A program made the position numbers and the translations under genes. This document shows, piece by piece, positions 31,601 to 39,300 of a stretch of 64,000 bases of DNA; the stretch's first letter is position 1; each line of letters opens with the position of its first letter. Origin of the DNA: an uncultured Pseudomonadales bacterium (GTDB lineage: Bacteria > Patescibacteriota > Microgenomatia > UBA1400 > UBA12028). The notes beneath the pieces were generated by a model that was not told the DNA's origin, made no database searches, and was given only the letters and a program-made list of their open reading frames with translations. The stretch is from the NCBI GenBank assembly GCA_964509365.1, contig CAZDWN010000001.1:214966-278965 (forward strand). Direction: 5' to 3'.

Positions 31601-31773
31601 TCTTGATTGGCAATCTTGCTTCTTCATCGTGTGCGACTGGGTTGTCGTCTTATTATTCAGGGAAAATTGACGACTATCGATTTTTTAATTATGCGTTGAC
31701 ATTGCCTCAAGTGCAAAAACTGTATACCAACGGTTCCAGTGTGTTTTTTGGCCCAGCAACTGGGTCCCCATAA
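25669..31773 (+). CDS. secreted DUF2341 + multi-LamG (concanavalin A-like lectin/glucanase) protein, paralog 1, with long Gly-rich insertion
   Basis: Start trimmed to the ATG at 25669 (MHFFTYQRRTGHRKKSNRRVFMLALTVPIVLVLLPALYF signal anchor) because the longer ORF overlaps the divergent gene. DUF2341-type N-domain (WMDSNWRYRKTV...DLRFADSAGST..YYLE...VWVTVPSI...VYMYYGN). Repeated LamG_3 signature (W.H.A.T.DG...LY.NG....LDEVRIYNRAL...E). Ends in ...NGSSVFFGPATGSP. Confidence 0.8.
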   Translation: MHFFTYQRRTGHRKKSNRRVFMLALTVPIVLVLLPALYFGLKRAFPAKAAWMDSNWRYRKTVAIVNNGSTQTSYQVMVPVDTYTLINAGKMKSDCSDLRFADSAGSTMGYYLEYCVNTASSGNSVVWVTVPSITGSATTNVYMYYGNGSASAVSAFTSAPTGIDIGSGADGNIAIAADTNINTADSINTGTARACSDTTGGDAVIYTTGVNAVAGNTSVNVATAVSSSCLNSGDEVIIIVLSGANSGKFEFNRVTSTPSGNMISLSHALVNSYNGAAEKVVVQRVPNYANVTTSGTANFTPSAWNGTSGGVMMFRASGNVVVAASTAIHSNFLGSNGGTFGNAGSGGAAGGSGGTAGTSGSSGVTGSGNGGGVLATAPGTGGNGGANGSNTASLGNIPGGGGGGGGGGGGGGAYGTAATGGTAGSAGGNAGNGTSTASYAGAKGNAGQAGAAGSTYGNTNFTTSNANLYLGSGGGSGSGGGGGGGADLFLAATGGTGANGGRGGEGGNGGGIVGIFANAIINNGNIGSNGQNAAASNGGNAGVAGSGNSAGGGGGGGGGGGGGGGSGGSIWLSANSVTLGTSKVVANGGTAGVGGGAGAGGTCGSGANDGGGGGGGGNTGGAGGTTSCLNAGTAGTTAASSGNGGSGGQGRIFQQYNSNSGTTSPAASGVQLPVAAAPTSEESVTSSANVEAVNWKFDEGYGTTTADSMSNATTATLAGAALPTWATEDQCISGKCLYFGGVSSKLTVANPILVSSISFWIRPITTASSAFFDFGGGTVTIKSDASSNLTTTGFTGATMYLNGAACTTCTLVANRWQHIAVISTAAITSTSSMTVATATQFYKGYMDEVRIYSSTVTASQILSEYTSRGSINGTSVQTGQASQAFLSDGLAAYWKLEESSTSSADSTNNGMTGTWNGAPAVATGKFGKAISFSGTPTAYVNVLDNTILDPSYITIAAWINPTSGTDRLLVAKDVSYTFGINSSGFLSCEIYNGSGYLPSAVSTVAVSTGTWQHVACTFDGTTTAVYLNGQLVGSITTSPPKTVNNGSNSLRLGHHVAGTYGDYNGKLDEVRIYNRALPINELRQLYSWAPGPVGYWPFDENTGQIANDLSGNDWSGDLGTTTGVDTTDPAWDTGKYGSALRFTTSADTSVNIGDDDALDADANSSMSFGLWVKVTGVSSFNNDTILMDKENIGADAGFTLAIGNDSCGSFGQICVTLWDAGAAITYSMHTTTTVPDSNWHHIAFVFDRTSETNTNIYLDGVVQPVTRTGTFASLGSLATTDVLCVGIESSGSNCGGLHELTGSVDDIKFYNYPRTQSQIIEDINGGHPIGGSPVASQLIYWNFDEQSGAGTSNKGFGGTTYNGTANGPQWSGISRSVCKVNGCLKFVSGTDYVSVADANLASLDSLAGFGVSFWINPQTMGTDKSILSKNDSAQRSFAIVTDSSDNTKLRVHIAASTAEAANTTYCTTDSGALTTSVWQHFTISYDGSQSTAANRVKVYKNGSQINCSMTGTFPTAMTSGSTSDLRVGDDVSATYTALLALIDEVKVYNAAISADQAKLEANYGSAAAYSTGNDEVTQITGTAETPPVGYWPFDDNTGTTAYDRSGNSNDGTLTSFVSNIWVPGKVGSSLNFDGVDSRVTISNSSTLGDLPSSGMTLSAWVYPRSTGESAGGRIVSKDDTGPANGWQWLIESTSKMEFQADFTGGTNTDLDVKTTGTLTLNTWQHIALTWDGSANASNVHIYINGVEQTHSTNTSGDSTRVSDVTKNFMIGNGQTGTRTFDGMIDDVRAYNYVRTATQIAYDYNRGGPTRWYKFDDNVSGNTQTLKDASGNTLNATTHYGANTTGMDCTAEAKFNKGCSLDGVDDYIDMANTGFPTGDFTFSVWINPTATASFPVVYLPNGSGSYVFEILTINSTNKMELSLNASGVVLDTNQTITPGAWNHVVFTRSGSSIKAYINGKLDSVTATYGTAMTLGSCNILIGNLASSSCATGLSSYYSGKIDDYRFFNYALTLPQVQKLYTNGSSVFFGPATGSP

Positions 31774-31774
31774 T

Positions 31775-34700
31775 ATGATTTGGCAAAAAAAATATTCCCA
31801 GCGCAAAAATCCAAATCGTCGACTCTATGTCTTGGCGGCTACCCTTCCTCTACTCTTCATATTGATTCCAGCAATCTATTTCGGCCTGAGGTTTGCCAAT
31901 CGTACACGAGCAGTCTGGATGGATGACTCTTGGCAATATCGAGTGAAAGTCCCAGTGACTGCGCATACAGGAGCCGAGACAAATAAATACTTTACGAAGA
32001 CCGTCGATACATCTGACACTACTCGATTCCAAGCGGATTGTGGTGACATACGGTTTACCGATGTCGGCGGAAAAATACTCTCATATTACATTGCATCAGG
32101 GTGCAGCAGTGCGAGTACCGTCATCCATGTACTTGTGCCAGACTTCACTGCTGGAGCCACTGATTACTACATGTATTATGGGAACCCAAGCGCGCCAGAT
32201 GGATTCTCAGCAAGCGACTTCACTGCTGGCTCTCTTGTCACGGTCGGAACTTTGGGAGGTGAAGAAAAAGGAGTTGGGCCGGTTGCGTATTGGTCATTTG
32301 GTGACGGCAATGGGACGACTGCTCAAGATGGCACAAATAATAATAATGACGGAACCTTGAGTAACGGTCCTACTTGGAAAGCCGAGGGAGACTGCATCTC
32401 TGGCAAATGCATCTCTCTTGATGGAACTGATGACATCGTCACGGTCACCAACTCGACTGCTATAGACTTAGACGCTACTGGAGGCCTGGCATCCGGATTT
32501 ACTGTTGAAGCTTGGATCCGGCCAAACGGAGCTGGCGAAGGAACCGGTGGACAAATCTTCTTCAAAGGTACGAATACTTGGTTGAAAGTGACCAATCTTA
32601 CGAGTGGTCTGCTTGATCTCTCTGCCAGTGTTGATCTGGCCACCACTGATGCGACGTTGACTGCATCTGCCAAAGTGACAAACAACCAATGGACCCATGT
32701 TGCTTTGTCATACACAGATGATGGCGACGATGAGATTACGATTTGGGTCAATGGTGTCTCCGTCGGCAGCTCGACGAATGGAGTTGGCTCTTTGGCAACG
32801 GACACCAACAACTTTGTGATCGGAGGGACGACGACCAATAACTTCGCCGGAAGCATTGATGAAATGAAGATTTACAATGCCGAAAGAAGTGCAGCGCAAA
32901 TGAGAGTTGATTATAATTCTCGAGGCGGTATGACTGCCTCTTCAACTGTCCAAGGTACTGGTAACGCACGTTCACTCTCAAATGGACTGGTCGGATATTG
33001 GAAAATGGACGAAGCGAGTTGGGCAACTGACTGCTCGACTGCGTCAGTACTCGACTCTTCGGGCAATGGCAACAACGCTCGCCCATGTCCAAACGCCTCC
33101 GCCGCGACACAAGGAGTCGGCAAGTTTGGAAAAAGCGGTAGTTTTGACGGCACAAACGATTATCTTGAGATACCGACAGCGACAAGTTTGCATCCGGGTG
33201 ATACGTTTACGCTCTCTGCCTGGGTGAAGCGCAGCGGCACTGGGACGTTCGATGCGATTCTTGGGACCGGTGCAGATGATTTTCAGTTAGCTTTTGTAAA
33301 TGACAACATCAAATTGTCCAGACAATCCACCTCAGATGTATTTGTTAGCACCAGTACCTATACCGACACCACAAACTGGCATCACATCGTTGCCTCCAAG
33401 AACGGATCAACTTCAGCAACTGTCTATGTTGACGGCCAACCCATAGCAGGTACGTACACCAATCAGACTATCATCGCTGGTTCAAGTTCGGTGTACATCG
33501 GTGGCGATGGGAACGGAGCCGACATTCTTGCAGGGTCGATCGACGAAGTGCGTATCTATAATCGAGCTCTTTCGCCGGCGGAAGTAAGCCAACTGTATGC
33601 ATCAGCTCCTGGGCCGGTGGCGTATTGGAAGCTCGATGACAATACCGGAAGCAGCGCGATTGACTCGAGCGGCAACACAAACACTGGATCGTTGGGAGGA
33701 GCACTTTCATGGACCCAAGGGAAACTTGGAGGCGGCGTCACCTACCCCACTGCAGGCGGCACCTGTATTAGTGCCGGCACAGGAGCCAGTATTACGAATC
33801 TCCCTTCCCTCACCATTTCTGCGTGGATAAAACCGACGAGTGAAGGATCTGATAGTGGAGTTGGCCGCATCGTCGGGAAAGACCCTGGATATTCTTTTTT
33901 AGTTGGCGACACCGCACCGGTCAACACGACAAATGGATTGACATTTACCAAAGGATACGCCACTACTGAGCTCAAAGTACAGTCTGCAAATAATGTGTGG
34001 ACTGCAAATACTTGGCAGTATGTGACCGTAACCTGGAATGGAAGTCAAACCGCCTCGACAGCGGTCAAGATGTACGTCAATGGCGTTGAGACGACGTATC
34101 AAACACAACAAAATGGAGTCGGATCGACCAGCTCAGATGTCAATGGTCTAGCCATTGGTGCCTTTAGTGCTGCCTCATGCAACTTTGCCGATTTTGAGGG
34201 AGCTCTCGACGATGTAAAGATCTACAACTACGCTCGTACGCCTTCGCAGATCATTGAAGATATGAATGGAAGTCATCCAATCGGAGGCTCGCCAGTAGGC
34301 TCCCAACTCATCTACTGGAATATGGATGAACAAGCGACAGCGGTGATAAATAACACAGGATCAGGAGGATCGACTTATAATGGATCGGCGAATGGTCCCC
34401 AATGGTCCACGATCACCGTTCCAAGCTGCAAAGTAAACGGATGTCTTTACTTTGACACTGCAGCAGATTATACGAACACGTCACTTGGAACCATACTGAA
34501 TGGAGCATCCGCATTTGCGACTTCTTTGTGGATCAAACCAACTTCGCTTGCCGGCGGCACAATGATTGTTTCAAAAGCAAACACCACGACGCAGCGGGCA
34601 TTTCAGATCCTTGAAGACTCAGCGAACACTAACTCCGAAATCAAAGTCATGATTTCATCGATTGCAAGCGATACGAGTAATTATTGCATTACGAACGGGT

Positions 34701-36319
34701 TTGGTTTATCTACGACAGCTTGGCAACATCTCAGTGTGAGTTACGATGGATCTCAGCCAACTGGTGACAATAACCGAATCAAAGTGTATAAAAATGGTTT
34801 CCCTATCCCCTGTGTAGTGACTGGCACCATACCGACTAGCCTGCCCGCCACAACCAGTCTACTCAAACTTGGTCAAGGTGATGACACGACTCCAAACTCA
34901 GTCACAGCGTATATCGACGAATTCAAATTCTATACCGTGCCACTTTCAGCCGATCAAGTGAAAATCGAAGCAAATTATGGTGCATCGACGGCGTACTCGA
35001 CTGGAAGTGATGAACCGACGCAGATCACTGGCACGGCAGAGACAGTCGGAATTGGATATTGGCCGTTTGAGGAAAACAGCGGAACGCTGGCAAGTAATAA
35101 ATTTGGCACATCCTATGATGGTACTCTCAACAACTCACCGACGTGGATGCAAAGCTCCAACTGCAAAGTCGGTCACTGTCTCTCGTTTGCGAGTGCAAGC
35201 AGCCAAGATATATCTGTTGCGAATACAGTTCTTGGTATCAAGACCGTCTCATTTTGGGCAAAGCCGACATCGACAACTACGAGCCTTCTCCAACTACAGG
35301 CGAGCGGTGCTGTGGCAATCACTGCTACTGCCGGAACACTTTCAGCGACGGGCTTTACGAGTCCAACCATCTACGTGAATGGATCACTGAGCTCGACCAT
35401 AGTCGCCAATGTCTGGCAATACATCACTGTCACGACTGGTACGAGCATTTCGGGATCTGCAGTCAAATTTGGACACGTAAACGCTACGTATTACGACGGT
35501 CAACTGGATGAAATCAAGATGTATAACTATGCTCGTACCAAAGCGCAAGTGAACTATGACTACAATCGTGGAGCTCCGATTGGCTGGTGGCAATTTGACG
35601 AGTGTCAAGGTTCGAGTGCGTTTGATGCAAGTGGAAATGGAAGTACAGCCACCTTGACGTATGGAGGTGGGACATACACGCAAGTGGGCACGTGTAACTC
35701 TGGGACAAGTTCCGATGCCTGGTATGGAGGTGTATCAGGTCGATTCAATGGTGGCATCGCGATTGACTCAACCACAGATACGATCAACGTCGGGAATGTG
35801 AGTCTCTATTCATTTGACCGTACTGATCCATTTACGACATCAATTTGGTTTAAGACATCGACATTGCAGTCATCGACATTATTTTCAAAACAAGACAGTA
35901 GCGCCCCTTTTAGCGGATGGAATATCCAGACAGATAATACGGGAAAACTCTATTTTCAATTCGTAAACACGTACAGTTCAAATATTTTAGAACGACGGAC
36001 AACTAGCGCAGTTGCCTATACGGATGGCAACTGGCACAACGTTACTACGACGTATGACGGTTCTAGTTCCCCTTCCGGTGTCCACATCTATTATGATGGA
36101 AATGATCAAGTGCTGACGACCGATTTTAATAGCTTGAGTGCTGCTACAACAAATTCAATATCAGTCTACATTGGTTCGCGAAATGGAACGGCGCAAAAAT
36201 ATTCTGGACTTCTTGATGATGTTCGCTTATACAACTACGCGTTAAGTAGCAGCCAAGTAAAGAAACTTATTATCAATGGCTCATCGATAAATTTTGGCCC
36301 CGCGATAGGATCACCGTAA
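31775..36319 (+). CDS. secreted DUF2341 + multi-LamG protein, paralog 2
   Basis: ATG at 31775, one nt after the paralog-1 stop (taatATG). Signal anchor RRLYVLAATLPLLFILIPAIYFGL, DUF2341 domain and multiple LamG_3 repeats (IDEVRIYNRALSPAEVSQLY and others). Ends in ...NGSSINFGPAIGSP. Confidence 0.8.
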   Translation: MIWQKKYSQRKNPNRRLYVLAATLPLLFILIPAIYFGLRFANRTRAVWMDDSWQYRVKVPVTAHTGAETNKYFTKTVDTSDTTRFQADCGDIRFTDVGGKILSYYIASGCSSASTVIHVLVPDFTAGATDYYMYYGNPSAPDGFSASDFTAGSLVTVGTLGGEEKGVGPVAYWSFGDGNGTTAQDGTNNNNDGTLSNGPTWKAEGDCISGKCISLDGTDDIVTVTNSTAIDLDATGGLASGFTVEAWIRPNGAGEGTGGQIFFKGTNTWLKVTNLTSGLLDLSASVDLATTDATLTASAKVTNNQWTHVALSYTDDGDDEITIWVNGVSVGSSTNGVGSLATDTNNFVIGGTTTNNFAGSIDEMKIYNAERSAAQMRVDYNSRGGMTASSTVQGTGNARSLSNGLVGYWKMDEASWATDCSTASVLDSSGNGNNARPCPNASAATQGVGKFGKSGSFDGTNDYLEIPTATSLHPGDTFTLSAWVKRSGTGTFDAILGTGADDFQLAFVNDNIKLSRQSTSDVFVSTSTYTDTTNWHHIVASKNGSTSATVYVDGQPIAGTYTNQTIIAGSSSVYIGGDGNGADILAGSIDEVRIYNRALSPAEVSQLYASAPGPVAYWKLDDNTGSSAIDSSGNTNTGSLGGALSWTQGKLGGGVTYPTAGGTCISAGTGASITNLPSLTISAWIKPTSEGSDSGVGRIVGKDPGYSFLVGDTAPVNTTNGLTFTKGYATTELKVQSANNVWTANTWQYVTVTWNGSQTASTAVKMYVNGVETTYQTQQNGVGSTSSDVNGLAIGAFSAASCNFADFEGALDDVKIYNYARTPSQIIEDMNGSHPIGGSPVGSQLIYWNMDEQATAVINNTGSGGSTYNGSANGPQWSTITVPSCKVNGCLYFDTAADYTNTSLGTILNGASAFATSLWIKPTSLAGGTMIVSKANTTTQRAFQILEDSANTNSEIKVMISSIASDTSNYCITNGFGLSTTAWQHLSVSYDGSQPTGDNNRIKVYKNGFPIPCVVTGTIPTSLPATTSLLKLGQGDDTTPNSVTAYIDEFKFYTVPLSADQVKIEANYGASTAYSTGSDEPTQITGTAETVGIGYWPFEENSGTLASNKFGTSYDGTLNNSPTWMQSSNCKVGHCLSFASASSQDISVANTVLGIKTVSFWAKPTSTTTSLLQLQASGAVAITATAGTLSATGFTSPTIYVNGSLSSTIVANVWQYITVTTGTSISGSAVKFGHVNATYYDGQLDEIKMYNYARTKAQVNYDYNRGAPIGWWQFDECQGSSAFDASGNGSTATLTYGGGTYTQVGTCNSGTSSDAWYGGVSGRFNGGIAIDSTTDTINVGNVSLYSFDRTDPFTTSIWFKTSTLQSSTLFSKQDSSAPFSGWNIQTDNTGKLYFQFVNTYSSNILERRTTSAVAYTDGNWHNVTTTYDGSSSPSGVHIYYDGNDQVLTTDFNSLSAATTNSISVYIGSRNGTAQKYSGLLDDVRLYNYALSSSQVKKLIINGSSINFGPAIGSP

Positions 36320-36320
36320 T

Positions 36321-39300
36321 ATGTTGTGGCATCACAAGAAATATCAGCGCAAGAGTAACCGGCATCTCTACGTTTTGGCCGCGACACTTCCCTTGCTTCT
36401 CATCTTGATCCCTGCGATTTACTTTGGATTACGCTTTGCCAATCGAACCCAAGCAGTCTGGATGGATGATTCCTGGCAATATCGAATTAAAGTCCCAGTG
36501 ACTGCTCACACAGGAGCCGAGACAAATAAATATTTCTCGGCCACATTTGACACATCTGACACTACAAGGTTTCAGTCCGACTGCGGAGATATTCGCTTTA
36601 CTGACCTGAAAGGGAGGATTTTGCAGTATTACATTGCCTCAGGCTGTAGCAGTGCAAGCACCGTTATCCATGTACTGGTGCCAGATTTTGCCATCAATGC
36701 CACTGACTATTATATGTACTATGGAAATCCCAATGCAGCGGATGGCTTCTCAGCGAGTGACTTTAGCGCTGGCACGGGTGTGACGATCGGGACACTTGGA
36801 AGTGAAGAGAAGACGACTGGACCCTATGCGTACTGGGCGTTTGACGAAGGCACGTCGACGATCGCTCATGATTCTGCCTCTGGTCGATATGATGGCACAA
36901 TTACAAACGGCCCTATCTGGAGAGATAGCAACCTCTGTATCTCCGGAAAATGTCTTTTTTTTGACGGGACCAATGATACTGTAACCATTGGAAATATCGC
37001 CGCTCTCAATTTTGAAAAGACAGATGCGTTCTCCATCTCGACGTGGATTCGTACAAACAATCCAGCAGCAGCAAATATCATTTCCAAACAAGCTAATATT
37101 GCCCCGTTTGCTGGCTGGAATTTGCAGACTGGCGGATCAGGAAAAATTATTTTTCAACTCGCCAACACCTACAGCTCAAATACGCTCGAGGTCGTTACGA
37201 CAAATGACATGGCGTATTCAGATAACAAATGGCATCACGTCGAAGTCACGTATGATGGTTCCAATACACCCGCAGGAGTTAATCTGTATTTTGACGGAGT
37301 CGCCCCTGCCATGACCACCACCACAAATACACTCTCGGGTTCAATCGCCAATTCATCAAGTGTTGAGATCGGCTCAAGAAATGCTGCTGGCAATTTCTTC
37401 AAGGGTGAGATCGATGAAACAAAGATCTATAAATCAGTTCGATCGGCCGCGCAAGTGCGTGCAGACTACAACTCCAAGGGTGGCTCTCGTTTAACTGGGA
37501 GCGTTCAAGGTGGAGTCGACAACGTTGCCTTGAGTAGTGGCCTTGTCGGATACTGGAACATGGATGAGGCATCCTGGAACAATAACTGCTCAAGCCAGTC
37601 AGTGACCGATCTCTCTGGCAACATCAATGCGGTCAAGAGTTGTCCAAATACAACTGGACCGACTGGAGGTGCCGCGGGGAAATTTGGCAACAGCGGGAAC
37701 TTCGATGGGACGAATGATTACCTAGATGGCGGCGATGATACAGACTTTGAATTTGGAAGTGCGACTTCAGAGATGACACTTGCCGCTTGGGTCAATCCGA
37801 CGACAATCACACCTGCTGCCGCGATGACAATCGTGAGTAAATATAATTCCACTTCAAATCGAGAATACATTTTTCAGATGTCGACGAGTGGCAAATTGAC
37901 GTTGACTCTTTCAGGTGACGGTGCGAGCGTGACTTCGCTTTCAAGTACGTCGTCAATGACTGCGAGCACGTGGCAACATGTCGCCGTGACGTTTGCTGCC
38001 TCGACGGGCACAGTCAGATTTTATATCAATGGAGTGTTGGATAAAGAAGGCACGATTGCGATTTCACCTATTTTTACAGGTACTGCCCTCTTTGAGATCG
38101 GAGCGACGAATAAGAGTGGGACGACACCTGACTTGTTTTGGAGTGGGAATCTCGATGAGGTACGAGTGTACAAGAAGCTTTTGTCACCTGGAACGATAAG
38201 AAGTCTGTACGCATTCGCCCCTGGCCCACTCGGGTACTGGCCACTTGATGAGCATGCGGGTACATCGGCATCAGACTTAAGTGGCAATTCTCTCACCGGC
38301 ACCGTCACAAATGGCCCAGTATGGACGGCTGGGAAATTTGGCTCCGCACTGACGTTTGATGGCTCCGATGACAACGTAAATATCGGAAACACCATTGATC
38401 TTTCAGGAAACAAACCGATGAGCCTGTCGGCATGGATCTATCCGACAGCGACACCAGGGGTGAATGGCGCAGGAATCATCTCAAAATATGATCGAGGAAA
38501 TGCTGGTGAATGGAGATTGTTTCTTAATTCTTCTCGGCAAATTCAAATGTTACGAGAATGTGGAGGGTTTGGAATTGTCAGCACAACCGCAGTCACCCTC
38601 AATACGTGGACTCATGTGGAAGGATCTTATGACGGAACGAACTTGAGGATCTATTTGAATGGAGTTTTGGACAAGACTACCGCAGACAGTTGTTCCGTGA
38701 GTAGTACCGCAATCGAAGTCATCATTGGGGCCGGAGATAACGGATCAGGCGTGGAAGACGTTTTTACTGGCAGCATTGATGATGTACGCATGTACAGTTA
38801 TGGGAGAACTGCGTCACAAATTACAGAAGATATGAATGGAGGACATCCGATCGGAGGATCTCCAGTCGGTTCGCAAGTCAGTTATTGGAATATGGATGAA
38901 ACCAATGGGACGACTGCTCGAGATACATCCGTCAACGCAAACAACCTGACGTTATCAACTGCTTCATGGACACGATCAGGGAAAACCAATTCAGCCTGGA
39001 ATGGTGTAGGGACAAACTGGCTCTCTCGCGCCGATGATGACGATCTTGATTTCTCGGCGGCAGAAGATTTTACGCTCTCACTCTGGTTCAAATCAGATTC
39101 AGCTAGTAATCCCGCGGCCACTGAATACTTGATGTATAAAGCTCCGTCAGGGGCTAGCAATGGTGGATATGGATTGTATGTCAATACGTCGGGCCAGCTT
39201 TGTTTTGGCATTGACGATGACAATACATCCTTCCCTGAGGATTCCTCTTGCTCCACTGCAGACTTTTATGATGCCACGTGGCATCACGTGCTTGCGATCA

